Source of the DNA: Eledone cirrhosa
Lineage: Eukaryota
Direction of reading: 5' to 3'
NCBI GenBank assembly: GCA_964016885.1
Contig: OZ024766.1
Coordinates: 4,340,001 to 4,404,000 of the forward strand
Length of the DNA stretch: 64,000 nucleotides
Made by a program: the position numbers and the translations under genes. The notes under the pieces are model-generated. The model was not told where the DNA came from. It was given only the letters and a program-made list of their open reading frames with translations, and did not search any database. Numbering within the stretch: position 1 is the stretch's first letter; each line of letters starts with the position of its first letter. Below are positions 49,703 to 64,000 of the stretch, in pieces.

Positions 49703-50033
49703 CATTTCATTTTACGTCCGCTTTTTCCCTGCTTGCAAGGGTGGGACGGAAACTGATGCTGGCTTGATCTCTACGGCTGGATGCCCTTCCTAACACCAAC
49801 CTCATTTACAGTGAGTGCTGGGTGCTTTTTTGCCGTGGCACCTCCCCGACCACTTTTCAGTGGAATGATAGGGACCCCAGTCCCTATCATCTCATTTCTA
49901 CAGCTGAGTAAACTGGAGCAATGTGAAATAAAGTGTCTTGCTCAAGGACACAACACATCACCTGGTCTGAGAATTGAACTCACAACCTTTCGATTGCAAG
50001 GCCAATGCTCTAACCACTAAGCCATGTACCTCC
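49703..50033 (-). mobile_element. CORE-like tRNA SINE
   Basis: Reverse complement of 1970-2312. Confidence 0.82.
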
Positions 50034-50052
50034 ATCTATATTTATATATATA

Positions 50053-50879
50053 CCGTATATGCCGGCATACAAGTCGGTCTGGTGCATAAGTCGACCCCTA
50101 ATTCTGATGTGTAATTCAGGTTTAGTCCTATATTCGCTGGATAAGACGCCTCCCATAAAATAAGGCAGTTGCAGGAGAAATAATTCAAAATAATTAATGA
50201 TACACTAAAGACTAAAACACTTCTAAAACACTTCAGTTGCAAGTGAGTTCTAACTCGGAGTAAACCAGCCCAGCCTAACATGAATGACCCTATGTTAACC
50301 TACCCTATGTTAACCTACCCTATGTTAACCTACCCTATGTTAACCTACCCTATGGTAACCTACCCTATGTTAACCTACCCTATGTTAACCTACCCTATGG
50401 TAACCTACCCTATGTTAACCTACCCTATGGTAACCTACCCTATGTTAACCTACCCTATGGTAACTTACCCTATGGTAACCTACCCTATGTTAACCTACCC
50501 TATGTTAACCTACCCTATGGTAACTTACCCTATGTTAACCTACCCTATGGTAACCTACCCTATGTTAACCTACCCTATGGTAACTTACCCTATGTTAACC
50601 TACCCTATGGTAACCTACCCTATGTTAACCTACCCAAGTCATTGATATTATTATAATCTCTGCGTTAAATAGACTTAACAAATATGAGAATCAGTAGGAA
50701 ATAATTGTGGTGGGCGAGAGTTAGGGTAAATGGTGTACAATGAGTGTTAGGCAGGCAGTTTCACTGTTTACCCCTCATTGGTAATGGCTAACATTTTATA
50801 TTCGGTGGACATGTCGACCCCTAGTTTTGGAGAGATAATTTTAGGCTCCAAATGTCGACTTATACGCTGGCATATACTG
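50053..50879. mobile_element. Tc1/mariner-superfamily MITE containing a 15-bp minisatellite (50288-50635, ~23 copies)
   Basis: TA|ccgtatatgccggcatacaagtcg ... cgacttatacgctggcatatactg|TA (TIR 20/24 match); unit taacctaccctatg(t/g). Confidence 0.75.
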
Positions 50880-51556
50880 TATATATAATATATATCTTCT
50901 ACTATAAAGGTGACCCCGAGTTAGCAGAGGAGTCGGGTGCACTGAGAGTAGAATAGCTGGAATATGAATAGATATATGCTGTATATATAATATATATATA
51001 CACACACATGGTGTATACACTTTTGAGTTGGAGAGATACATTTGAAATGTTTAATTATTCAGCTGAAAGTTTATATATAGTTTATCAATATAGAAATGTA
51101 AAATTTCCATTATTGAATCACATTTCAACATTCTCCATATCTTATTTTGTTTTCTCTGTTATTTCAGAATATCACATGACATTGACAGAAGAGAAATTTT
51201 AACTTCGGATACAACATCAATATCATTGTTTAAAAGACTAACACAAGATTTTACACACTATTCATATAAGTCTTTTTATATCCACATTTGGTGACTTACA
51301 GTGAAATATTTCTTCTGAACTGAGGTTGATAGAAAGATTTCTTTTCTTCACTATCTGGAAAGTGTACAAGAAGATATAGTATTCTTATTAAACTTGGGTA
51401 AATCTATAAAGGATTTTGCATCATTTTCAGATGTCAACAAAGATCAAAGTTGATGGAAATTTAACTTTGAAAATATTTGTTAGGAATAAACTATAAAAGG
51501 AAGACCAAGAAAAATATCCTTATTTTCTGCTGTGGAAAATATTTTTCCCTGAAGAG

Positions 51557-52264
51557 ATGTCAAAGAGGAACAAAAAATTATCATACCACTGTGATATCTG
51601 TGGTAAATCATTCTCGTGTACACTTGACTTAACTAGACATATATATAGTCATACAGGAGAGAAGCCTCATCAGTGTGATATCTGTGGTAAATCATTCTCT
51701 CGGGTAGGTACTTTAAAAATACACAAATATAGTCATACAGGAGAGAAGCCTCATCACTGTGATATCTGTGGTAAATCATTCTCGTGTAGAGGTGACTTAA
51801 CTCAACACATACGTATTCATACAGGTGAGAAGCCTTATCACTGTGATATCTGTGGTAAGTCATTCTCTCAGCCAGGTAGCTTAACTAAACATAAATACAT
51901 TCATACAGGAGAGAGACCTCATCAATGTAATATCTGTGGTGACACATTCTCTCAGTCAGGTAGCTTATCTCAACACAAACACATTCATACAGGAGAGAAA
52001 CCTCATCAATGTGATATCTGTAATAAATCATTCTCTCAGTCAGGTAGCTTAACTCAACACATACGTCTTCATACAGGAGAGAAGCCTCATCACTGTGATA
52101 TCTGTGGTAAATCATTCTCTCAAAATCATCTCTTAACTAGACACATACTTTCTCATACAGGAGAGAAGCCTCATCACTGTGATATCTGTGGTAAATCATT
52201 CTCTCGAAATGATCACTTAACTAGACACATACGTCTTCATACAGGAGAGAAACCTCATCACTGA
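51557..52264 (+). CDS. C2H2 zinc-finger protein, subfamily B, 8 fingers, ended by a 2-bp deletion
   Basis: 235-aa ORF; ends cac tga tat where the consensus is cac tgt gat. Confidence 0.85.
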   Translation: MSKRNKKLSYHCDICGKSFSCTLDLTRHIYSHTGEKPHQCDICGKSFSRVGTLKIHKYSHTGEKPHHCDICGKSFSCRGDLTQHIRIHTGEKPYHCDICGKSFSQPGSLTKHKYIHTGERPHQCNICGDTFSQSGSLSQHKHIHTGEKPHQCDICNKSFSQSGSLTQHIRLHTGEKPHHCDICGKSFSQNHLLTRHILSHTGEKPHHCDICGKSFSRNDHLTRHIRLHTGEKPHH

Positions 52265-53465
<1,201 letters not shown>

Positions 53466-54007
53466 ATAGAGAAAAACAAACACAAACATTTTAACTTGGC
53501 AATGTAACATGTCCTTCATCTTACAAATATAAACTTATTGTCAACTAACATCACAAGGAAACCCTTAGTATTTCTACAGCTTCTAAATATTGTTTTCTAT
53601 TTTTTAAATTTTATTTTTGAATACGATTAAAGTTATTCTCATATCTGATAGTTGTCTTCTTAAATTTATTTTTTGGCAACACCCACATTCCCTGTTGTAG
53701 TGTGTAATTGAGGGACCCTTTATCCTATGACCCTCTATCTAATGATATAATGCTGTAACTGGCCTCAAGAAATATTTAGAGGGCAACACCCACATTCCCT
53801 GTTGTAGTGTATAATTGAGGGACCCTTTATCCTATGACATAATGTTGTAACTGGCCTCAAGAAATATTTAGAGGGCAACACCCACATTCCCTGTTGTAGT
53901 GTATAATTGAAAGAGAGTGTCTTCCTTTTCTTCTTTCTCATATCGATTTGTATTGATTTCTTTCTTTTTGAAATCATTTGTTAGTTTTTTATAATTCATT
54001 ATATAAA

Positions 54008-54502
54008 CTAGCAGAGAAACCACCCTTGGGTGGATTTCTGCTAGCATGTGTAGTGTGTATATTGATATTATATGCAAGTATATATACATGTAGATATGAT
54101 ACATCAAATAAAATCGTAAATGACAATATACACAGAAATTGAACGAGGACTGCGTTACACTGTCTTATGTAATCAGTAACGTAATCCATGATACATTAAA
54201 AAAGACGATATTATATATAAACTGCATTAGGAGAAAATTAGCGACGGAAATATATGCGATATTTTTATAAGTGTTATAATATAACAGCCGCTAACCGGAA
54301 GTGTTGACATTTGAAAATTTTGAAGAAGTGAATCTTTAAATAAGCTATAAAATATATTTAATCAACAGCCACGAAATTTAGTAGATAAATTATATAATAT
54401 TCATTCATTATTTATTCAAAGTAATCCAACTTATTTTACAAACAGGGTAAAAAAATATATTCTGGACGCAATCCTGCGCTCCTTATTTTATTATAGTTAA
54501 GA
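54008..54502 (-). mobile_element. Non-autonomous Helitron in the ZNF 3' UTR
   Basis: Minus-strand TC...hairpin...CTAG, inserted between A and T with no TSD. The paralogous empty site is at 44250/44251 (tatataaa|ttttatgtatg). Confidence 0.8.
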
Positions 54503-54649
54503 TATTATGTATGTCCTAAATTTCAATCTCTGGGTTCTTAATAAAAGATTTATATTTGAGGAATTTGCCAAGTCAGTAATTTCAACTTTTCATTTTCCCA
54601 TCTAAATGTCTCTTATTAACATCATATATAGCAATATTATCTTGGTTAC

Positions 54650-55130
54650 CTAGGTGACCTCATTAGCAGTGGAGGTGGATGTTCCAAAAGTACAGTAACC
54701 AGAGTGGGAATGGAATGGAGAAAGTTCAGGGAGCAACTACAGCTGCTAGTTATGAAAGGCTTTTCCCTCAAAATAATTAATGTATGTTAGGGAGACCTGT
54801 GCACTGTATACCGAGGACTTTTAAAGATTCGAAAAAATGAAGCTTGCATGCTCCAATGGATGTGATATAGTACTATATATGAATGGCAAAGCGTAAATTA
54901 ACTACAAGGGGTCAGATGTATTGTGCAGGAGAAGAGATTGTGGTGGTATGGACATGTGATGTGTACGAAGGACAACAGCTGTATAAAAGATTGCAGGACA
55001 ATCAAAATTGATAGCATCTATAAAGTAGGAAGACCTGGGATGAGGTGATAAAAGCTGACCATGCACAATTGCACCTCTCAAAGGCAATGACACAGGATAA
55101 AGATCTTTGGCCTTATGCAGTAATACAGAA
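54650..55130 (+). mobile_element. Degraded RTE LINE 3' fragment
   Basis: YLGDLISSGGGCSK...RVGMEWRKFRE...RRLWWYGHVM. Confidence 0.7.
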
Positions 55131-55357
55131 CACCTGCCTTCCCTTGCGCACAAAGTCAAACATGCATCCTGTAGGCACCTCTTAATCACTTAATCGACTA
55201 TGCCCATTTCCCCTACACCACCCTCCCACTTCTGTCCACACCACCGTTAAACTATGAAGTTATGTTGCTATCACAAAAACATCCATCCCACTCACCTGAC
55301 CCAACTTCTTTCTAATGGGACAACCTGCCTAACCCATGCTAGAGTGGAAAATGGATG

Positions 55358-56750
55358 TTAACCCTTTAGCATTCACATTATTTTATATATACTATTATAT
55401 TTTAATGGTAAAGGCTTTACCTCACATAACATTTACATTACTCTATATATACTATTGTATTGTCACAGTAAAGGCTTTACCTCACATAATATCTCACATA
55501 ACATTTACATTACTCTATATATACTATTGTATTTTCACAGTAAAGGCTTTACCTCACATAATACCTCACATAACATTTACATTACTCTATATATACTATT
55601 GTATTTTCACAGTAAAGGCTTTACCTCACATAATATCTCACATAACATTTACATTACTCTATATATACTATTGTATTTTCACAGTAAAGGCTTTACCTCA
55701 CATAATATCTCACATAACATTTACATTACTCTATATATACTATTGTATTTTCACAGTAAAGGCTTTACCTCACATAATACCTCACATAACATTTACATTA
55801 CTCTATATATACTATTGTATTTTCACAGTAAAGGCTTTACCTCACATAATATCTCACATAACATTTACATTACTCTATATATACTATTGTATTTTCACAG
55901 TAAAGGCTTTACCTCACATAGCATTTACATTACTCTATATATACTATTGTATTTTCATGGTAAAGGCTTTACCTCACATAACATTTACATTACTCTATAT
56001 ATACTATTGTATTTTCACAGTAAAGGCTTTACCTCACATAACATTTACATTACTCTATATATACTATTGTATTTTCACAGTAAAGACTTTACCTCACATA
56101 ATATCTCACATAACATTTACATTACTCTATATATACTATTGTATTTTCACAGTAAAGGCTTTACCTCACATAATATCTCACATAACATTTACATTACTCT
56201 ATATATACTATTGTATTTTCACAGTAAAGGCTTTACCTCACATAATATCTCACATAACATTTACATTACTCTATATATACTATTGTATTTTCACAGTAAA
56301 GACTTTACCTCACATAATATCTCACATAACATTTACATAACTCTATATATACTATTGTATTTTCACAGTAAAGGCTTTACCTCACATAATATCTCACATA
56401 ATATTTACATTACTCTATATATACTATTGTATTTTCACAGTAAAGGCTTTACCTCACATAATACCTCACATAACATTTACATTACTCTATATATACTATT
56501 GTATTGTCACAGTAAAGGCTTTACCTCACATAATATCTCACATAACATTTACATTACTCTATATATACTATTGTATTTTCACAGTAAAGGCTTTACCTTA
56601 CATAATATCTCACATAATATCGAATCTATGAGATTTTGAAAGTATTTATTTTGAGAACAATACCTTAACATCAGTTTGAGCGACCAGTTACAGCCAGTTT
56701 CAACAGAAAGAGGTAGAGAATTCTGGCCGGTTTGAACATTAAAGGGTTAA
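55358..56750 (+). mobile_element. TTAA-flanked MITE inflated by a 72/60-bp minisatellite (~18 units)
   Basis: ttaaccctttagcatt ... aacattaaagggttaa. The unit is the 24-codon TVKALPHIISHITFTLLYIYYCIF, or 12 bp shorter. Confidence 0.82.
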
Positions 56751-56917
56751 ATGATGATGATACATGTATGTATATACATATATATATATGTCTGTCTTTG
56801 TGTGACTTCATCACCGTTTAGCATCCATTTCTCCATGTTAGGATAAGTTTGCTGAGTTGTCTTGTTGTGAGGTAGGTCAGATCAGATGACCCTGTCATAT
56901 AGGACTGTTTCTGACAC

Positions 56918-57505
56918 TAACCACTTTACAGGGTGGACTGGGTGCTTTTTTCTTGGGTCACCATCACAACCACTTTACAGGGTGGACTGGGTGTTTTTCT
57001 TGTGTCACCATCACAACCACTTTACAGGGTGGACTGTGTGCTTTTTGTTGTGTCACCATCACAACCACTTTACAGGGTGGACTGGGTGCTTTGTGTTGTG
57101 TCACCATCACAACCACTTTACAGGGTGGACTGGGTGTTTTTCTTGTATCACCATCACAACCACTTTACAGGGTGGACTGGGTGCTTTTTGTTGTGTCACC
57201 ATCACAACCACTTTACAGGGTGGACTGTGTGCTTTTTGTTGTGTCACCATCACAACCACTTTACAGGGTGGACTGGGTGCTTTTTGTTGTGTCACCATCA
57301 CACCCACTTTACAGGGTGGACTGTGTGCTTTTTGTTGTCACCATCACAACCACTTTACAGGGTGGACTGTGTGCTTTTTGTTGTGTCACCATCACAACCA
57401 CTTTACAGGGTGGACTGGGTGCTTTTTGTTGTGTCACCATAACAACCACTTTACAGGGTGGACTGGGTGTTTTTCTTGTGTCACCATCACAACCACTTTA
57501 CAGGT
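56918..57505 (-). repeat. ~48-bp minisatellite (~12 copies), variant of the SINE-associated unit
   Basis: The reverse complement is acacaacaaaaagcacccagtccaccctgtaaagtggttgtgatggtg. Confidence 0.88.
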
Positions 57506-57547
57506 GGACCCCGTAGCCAATAATAATAATAATTTATATATATATGG

Positions 57548-57734
57548 CTACTTCATATTGACAAGATACGAATCTGTGGCTAAAGAATAAGAAGATACAC
57601 CAACGTTAATGGCGGACAAAGAAAAGATAAACTCTTTGAAAATTCTTATTTAACAACAACAAAGAGATTATTTCTTTGGTTGTTTAATAAAATATAAGAA
57701 GACAACACATTGATTACATGGGAAGAGGGTAAGT
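57548..57734 (+). promoter_or_regulatory. Putative first exon of the 59595 ZNF gene
   Basis: Paralogue of 31400-31593; uORF 57609-57653 reads MADKEKINSLKILI*; donor GTAAGT at 57729. Confidence 0.5.
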
Positions 57735-58499
57735 TGAGGAAGATTTACTTGAAGTCTATAATAATGTGTGTAAATAATAGAATTATGTGAACCTTTCAAC
57801 GATACAGTAATTATATACAAGTGAAAATATTTAACAACTTTGGACATATTTCTTCCTCGTCACTTTTATATACAGGAAAATACTTCTACACTGAAATGTT
57901 GTCTTATTTTACAATAGCTAGATTCTACTGTTACATGTGATATAAAATAGATTGTTATTATGACTGTCTTACAAATAACATGATTTATTAAAAATATTTT
58001 GAAGTGAACGGGTCATGGGTGGTCTAGTTTTCTCTAATTCTTATTACCTTGGCACATATAATCTCACACGCATCGTTGGGCTTCCAAATATTGAAACTTA
58101 TTTCCTAGTGATATTTATATATATATAAGTATGTACACGTACATATATATATGTATACAGACGTACAGTAGTATGTATATATATATACATACATGCACAC
58201 ATATATATATGTACGTATGGATTCACCGAACATTTATTATAATGCTCGGTGTGTTTGTAAACAAACATCTCGAATTAAGCCGTACAGTGTCTAGCAACCA
58301 TCGTTGCTCGTTTGTTCAACACTGACAAAGGAACGCTGTACTAGTTTCAAGCTTATTAGCTATCGTCAGCAACGTATACCTTCCTGCCAGATTGTTGAAC
58401 GTATATACTTACCTTATGCATATTAACGGCTGAGTAGCCCAATTTGCATATCGAGTGGGTTAATCATATATATATGTGTGCATGTATGTATATATATAC

Positions 58500-59050
58500 T
58501 TACTCTACATATAACACATTTCTTATTTGTACAGCGGGTTTTCTTAAAGGGGTAAGTTTTACTGATCAGGGATTTTATGGTACACCCTGGCTTTTCTACC
58601 ACTTTAAAATTTAGATAGGTTTTTCTTAGAGCCTTTCTAAATTGGTTAGTTAATTCACTTCCAGGGGTAGCATCCATGAACATGACATTTTGGTATCTCT
58701 GGTTGTCGTACCATGAGTTGGCTTTCCCTATCTTATGTTTAGTCCTACTTATGTTATTTCTTGATTTGCTCCTGAACAGCAGGCAAATCCCTATCAAGTA
58801 CATCTCTATGAGGGTGATGTATTTCACCATGGCCTCTTTCTACACCCTGATTCTGTCTCTTTGGTTGTAGAAAACTGCATGTAATAGATGAAGTGTTGTG
58901 CACGTCTTTCTAGTTCAGTTAGATCACACATGCAGGACACATTTTTCATCAGTCTTACCAAGTCTTGCTATCAGATTTATGGTAGGGGTTCTGCCTCTTA
59001 TTACTCTACTAGGGCAGAAACTGTTAAGGTCCTGATTGTCTAGATATTAC
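58500..59050 (-). mobile_element. Penelope-like retroelement fragment (RT thumb / linker before GIY-YIG)
   Basis: VMFMDATPGSELTNQFRKAL...KVVEKPGCTIKSLISKTYPF...C-NKKCVIC. Confidence 0.6.
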
Positions 59051-59594
59051 CTGTCATGTGTAAGTTTATATATACAATTTATCAATGTAGAAATATAAGA
59101 TTTTCATTATGTAATCACAACATTTTAATATCCTCTCCTCTATATCTTATTTTGTTTCTCTGTTATTTCAGAATATCACATGACATTGACAGAAGAGAAA
59201 TTTTAACTTCAGATACAACATCAATATCATTGTTTAAAAGATTAACACAAGATTTTACACAGTATTCATATAAGTCTTTTTATATCAACATTTGGTGAAT
59301 TACAGTGAAATATTTCTTCTGAACTGGGGTTGATGGAAAGATTTCTCTTCTTCCTATCTGGAAAATGTACAAGAAGATTCTGCATTCTTAATAAAGTTGC
59401 AAAAATTTACAAAGGAATTTGAAACATTTTCAGATGCCAAAGAGCAGAGCTGATGGAAATTTAACAGTGGAAATATTTGTTAAAAATAAACTAAAAAAAA
59501 CAAAACCAAGAAAAAATGAATATATTGTGTTGAGAGAAAAAGTTCTGGGAAGGTATTTGAGACATTTAAAAGATTGATATTTTTTCTTGAAGAG

Positions 59595-60458
59595 ATGTCG
59601 AAGGGGAAAGGAAAAACATCATACCAGTGTGATATCTGTGGTAAATCATTCTCTCGTACAAGTGACGTAACTAGACACAAACGTATTCATACAGGAGAGA
59701 AACCTTATCCTTGTGATATCTGTGGTAAATCGTTTTCTGATAGATGTAACCTAGCTAGTCACGTACGTGTTCATACAGGAGAGAAACCTCATCAGTGTGA
59801 TATCTGTGGTAAATTATTTCCACAGGCGTGTAACTTAACTCAACACAAATATAGTCATACAGGAGAGAAGCCTCATCACTGTGAAATTTGTGGTAAATCA
59901 TTTTCACAGTCGAGTAGCTTATCTAAACACAAATATGTCCATACAGGAGTGAAACCATACCAGTGTAATGTCTGTGGTAAATCATTCTCACAATCAAGTA
60001 GCTTATCTAGACATATATATATCCATACAGGAGACAAGCCTCATCACTGTGATATCTGTGGTAAATCATTCTCTGAGTTAGGTCACTTAACTGAACACAT
60101 ACATATTCACACAAGAAAGAAACCTCATCACTGTGATATCTGTGGTAAATCATTCTCTCAGTCGAGTAACTTGACTAGACACAAATATATTCATACAGGT
60201 GAGAAATCTCATCACTGTCACATCTGTGGTAAATTATTCTCTCAGTCAGGTCACTTAATTCAACACAAATATATACATACAGGAGAGAAAGCTCATCAGT
60301 GTGATATCTGTGGTAAATCATTCTCTCGAAATGATCACTTAACTCAACACAAATATATTCATACAGGAGAGAAACCTCATCACTGTGATATCTGTGGCGA
60401 ATCATTCTTTCAAAAAAGTAAATTAACTAAACATGTATCTGTTCATACAGAAGTGTAA
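59595..60458 (+). CDS. C2H2 zinc-finger protein, subfamily B, 10 fingers
   Basis: ORF 59574..60458; the ATG at 59595 (MSKGKGK) aligns with the paralogue starts. Confidence 0.93.
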   Translation: MSKGKGKTSYQCDICGKSFSRTSDVTRHKRIHTGEKPYPCDICGKSFSDRCNLASHVRVHTGEKPHQCDICGKLFPQACNLTQHKYSHTGEKPHHCEICGKSFSQSSSLSKHKYVHTGVKPYQCNVCGKSFSQSSSLSRHIYIHTGDKPHHCDICGKSFSELGHLTEHIHIHTRKKPHHCDICGKSFSQSSNLTRHKYIHTGEKSHHCHICGKLFSQSGHLIQHKYIHTGEKAHQCDICGKSFSRNDHLTQHKYIHTGEKPHHCDICGESFFQKSKLTKHVSVHTEV

Positions 60459-60699
60459 CAGTATCAGTGTCAAAAATCATTGTATGAAACTATTGTCTGT
60501 TTAACCATAAATATATCTACATATGAAAGAAGATATTACACTGTAATAACAATCATCAAACACTATAACTATATCTTACATTGGTGAGATAATTTAATAT
60601 TGTATGTTGTATCTAACAAATTTCCTGAAGGAAGAAAATATATTAGAGATATGCTTCTCTCACTAATTAGATGCCAGAAAGTTTAAATATTTATAATGG

Positions 60700-61097
60700 A
60701 TTCCTTAATTATTAACATTTAAAGCTGTATATAGCTATGGTATGTCCACACTTAGAATTTGCATCACCAGTCTGGAACCCCTATCTTGCTCAGAATATCG
60801 ATCTCTTGGAAACTGTTCAGAAACCTGCAACCAAATGAATACCCTCAATCAGGCATCTACCATACTCTGAATACCTTGCTTCCCTGGACATGGATACATT
60901 AAAGCTCCAACTGACTTGGTAGACACCCACAAAATTATCAACCATTTTTCCAACATCAACCCTGAGCACCTTTTTGAATTCCATGTGTTTAACACCCGTG
61001 GACATGCCTACACAGTCAGAAAACAGCACAGTTGCCATGACTTTCAGAAACATATTTTCACACTTAGAGTTGCTAAAGCATGAAACAAACTACCTGT
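60700..61097 (+). mobile_element. CR1 LINE ORF2 C-terminal fragment
   Basis: KLYIAMVCPHLEFASPVWNPY...ETVQK-AT...NTRGHAY...TLRVAKA-NKLP. Confidence 0.85.
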
Positions 61098-61814
61098 CCT
61101 TCATCTTACAAATATAAACTTATTGTCAACTAACATCACAAGGAAACCCTTAGTATTTCTACAGCTTCTAAATATTGCTTTCCATTTTTTAAATTTTATT
61201 TTTAAATGGGATTAAAGTTATTCTCATATCTGATAGTTGTCTTCTTAAATTTATTTTTTGGCAACACCCACATTCCCTGTTGTAGTGTGTAATTGAGGGA
61301 CCCTCTATCCCATGACATAATGCTGTAACTGGCCTCAAGAAATATTTAGAGTGCCTCACCCACATTCCCTGTTGTAGTGTGTAATTGAAGGACCCTCTAT
61401 CTCTGACCTAATGCTGTAACAGGCCTCAAGAAATGTTTAGAGGGCAACACCCACATTCCCTGTTGTAGTGTATAATTGGGGGACTCTTTATCCTATGACA
61501 ATGCTGTAACTGGCCTCAAGAAATATTTAGAGGACAACAGCCACATTCCCTGTTGTAATGTATAATTGAGGGACATTCTATCCCTGACCTCAAGATATAT
61601 TTAGAGGCCAACACCCACATTCCCTGTAGTGTATAATTGAAGGAGTATGTGAATCTTTTCCTCTTTTTCTTCTTTATCTCTTTGTATTGATTTGTTTATT
61701 TTTGAAATCATTTATTTGTTATTCTATAAATTGTATTAATGTCTTAAATTTCAATCCCTGTTTTGTTAATAAAAGATTTATATTTGAGGAATTTGTCAAG
61801 TCAGTCATTTCAAC

Positions 61815-62100
61815 TTGCTCCGATGGATGTGTATTAGTATTCTGTATGAATGGCAATGAGAAACTGGGCATAAGAATAATCAGATGCAGTGTAGAGATGA
61901 AGAGACTGCGATGCTATGATGCATATGAAGGATGATAAAAAGGTGCAGGGTACTCAAAGTTGAAGTAAGCATTGGAGGAAGGAGACCTATGAAAGCTTGG
62001 GATGAGGTGATAGAAGCTGACCTCACACAATAGCACCTCTGATAGGTGATAACATAGGATTGAGATCTTTGGCATTATGCAGTACTGCAGAAGTCCTGAC
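61815..62100 (+). mobile_element. Degraded RTE LINE 3' fragment
   Basis: LRWMC...EKLGIRIIRCSVEMKRLRCY, similar to 2340-2828. Confidence 0.6.
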
Positions 62101-63234
62101 TTCCCCTGTGCTTTAGATGAAGCAACATCTAGAGGTGTACAGTATAAACCACTTCTTCCTCCCCGATCCATACACCTGCTATATCTTAACACTCTACCCA
62201 TCACCACCTAAGTAACCTACCCTCAATCTACCTCTCCAATCCCCACCCCATACATGCAAGCCCATCTTATATATATATATATGCACCACCACCCCCACTT
62301 CCCATATCTGGGGAACGTCTTTAGACAAAACCATGTATGCAAACATGGAAAGATAAACACCTCTCTCCCTCAATGCTGCTGAAATGGCTGAAGCTCAGTC
62401 AACCCTGTAAGGGGTTCATGCTGGTGACACCACAAAAAACCCTAGTCCACCATCTAAGGTGTTCATGTTGGTGCCATGACAAAAGAGTTCCTAGTCCTCC
62501 CTGTCAGGTAACATGACAAAAGAGCAGTTAACCCTCCTGGGCAGGTAGTTGTGCTTGTGACATGACAAATAAGCAGCCAGTCCAGCCTGTAAGGTGGTCC
62601 TATTGGTGACACAACCAAGGTCACCCATCCTAATCTGTTAAGTAGTCATGTTGGTGGCATACCTGAAAGCACCTGGTCCACCCTGTGGAGTAGCTGCTTT
62701 GGTAGCACGATAAGACTAGCTCTAAAGTGTCTGTGTTAGGGCCTCAAGAATGAATGCCCTGGTCATGTTTTTGTCAACATTGAATGTGTCCATGTTAGTG
62801 CTGCAAGAAAAAGTGTCCAATCCACACTGTAAAGTGATTGTGTTGGTGACACGACAAAAAGTATCCAGTCCACTCTGTAAAGTGGTTGTGTTGGTGACAC
62901 GACAAAAAGTATCCAGTCCACTCTGTAAAGTGGTCATTTTGGTGTCAAGAAAGAAGCACTAACTCCACACTGTAAATATAATTAGCGTTAGAAAAGAAAT
63001 CCAGTCCTAGAAACCAAAGTGGAGACAGTTCTGAATGAGCAAAGTACCATTATCTAATCTGACACACCTCACAATGAAGCTATGTATATTTCCTCTGGTA
63101 ATTTGTAATATTTTTACATAGATCTATATGATATACATACCAACACACATATATATATAAGAAATGATCGTAAAATGATTAAATTATTTAATATAAGGAA
63201 CTTGTCCTTTGTTTTGGTTTCACTGTTTTTATTA

Positions 63235-63270
<36 letters not shown>

Positions 63271-63839
63271 GCTGAAGCATATAAACAATATGCCCCCCCC
63301 CCCCCCCCCCCCACCGCAAGGTGGTCGTGGAGGTGCCACGGCAAAAAAGCACCCAGCCCACACTGTAAAGTGGACGTGTAGGCGCCACGAAAAAGCACCC
63401 AGCACTCACTGTAAATGAGGTTGGTGTTAGGAAGGGCATCCAGCTGTAGAAATCAAGCCAGATCAGTTCCTGTATGAGCAAGGCATGGTCAGCCGACCAG
63501 ACACTGCCCACAACAGGACAACCCGTCTAACCCATGCTAGCGTGGAAGAACGGACGTAAAACGGTGATGATGATGATGATATATATATATAATGTGTGTG
63601 TGTGTATATATATGCAAGCAGGGAAAAGCGGACGTAAAATGATGATGATATATATATTGCATTGAGCATTTAACCAACTGTGAAACAGCTTAACTACTCC
63701 AGGTAATAATATTATCATTACTACTAGTATATATATACACACACACGCACGCAAACAGTATGGAGGAGATAAAACAAAAAAGCTAGCTGTACTGTTGAAA
63801 TGGGCGTTAAACGTTAATTATATATATATAGAGAGAGAG

Positions 63840-64000
63840 AGTCATCTCTCTATGTATAGATAAATAGAAAGAGTGAGGGATATTTCCATGGTTAAAGAAA
63901 GAAAGCTACTTCGTGGTGACAAGATACGAATCTGTGGCTAAAGAATAAGAAGATACACCAACGTTAATGGCGGACAAAGAAAAAATGATGAAATCTTTGG
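63840..64000 (+). promoter_or_regulatory. Third copy of the putative subfamily B first-exon block (truncated by the window edge)
   Basis: Near-identical to 31333-31498; uORF ATG at 63967. This suggests another ZNF gene downstream. Confidence 0.5.

Noticed and set aside
50288-50635. Interstitial telomeric repeat (taacc/taccc-like)
   Set aside because: The unit is 15 bp, not (TTAGGG)n, and it lies within a TIR/TA-bounded MITE.
55336-56639. Long ORFs (334 and 394 aa), and similar ones at 11107, 26021-27740, 33536, 50280 and 56886
   Set aside because: They are translations of minisatellites whose unit lengths are mostly multiples of three and happen to lack stops.

Overview
Eukaryotic, AT-rich, repeat-dense DNA. 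The gene and SINE content looks like an octopod cephalopod genome, but that is inference. The window holds a tandem, same-strand cluster of seven single-coding-exon C2H2 zinc-finger genes with no recognisable effector domain. They form two subfamilies: A (CEICGK fingers; 3-1328, 8531, 13194, 19762) and B (CDICGK fingers; 42084, 51557, 59595). Two A genes lie in a recent ~6.6 kb tandem duplication. The space between genes is filled with degraded LINEs (RTE, CR1, L1/Tx1-like, Penelope-like), two tRNA-headed SINE families, MITEs, Helitrons and many minisatellites. The most notable signals are: (i) a 345-bp core between long inverted repeats has opposite orientations in the two duplicated units; (ii) nearly every minisatellite is an in-place amplification of a short piece of an identifiable transposon, with the same unit amplified at separate loci; (iii) two ZNF genes are truncated by the same 2-bp TG slip that turns the first Cys codon into TGA; (iv) differences between the young ZNF duplicates cluster in the recognition helix; (v) all seven genes carry a homologous 3' UTR block with a family-specific minisatellite, and B genes share a putative first exon with a conserved uORF. 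No CRISPR array or prokaryotic system is supported. All assignments were made by eye, and repeat boundaries and copy numbers are approximate.
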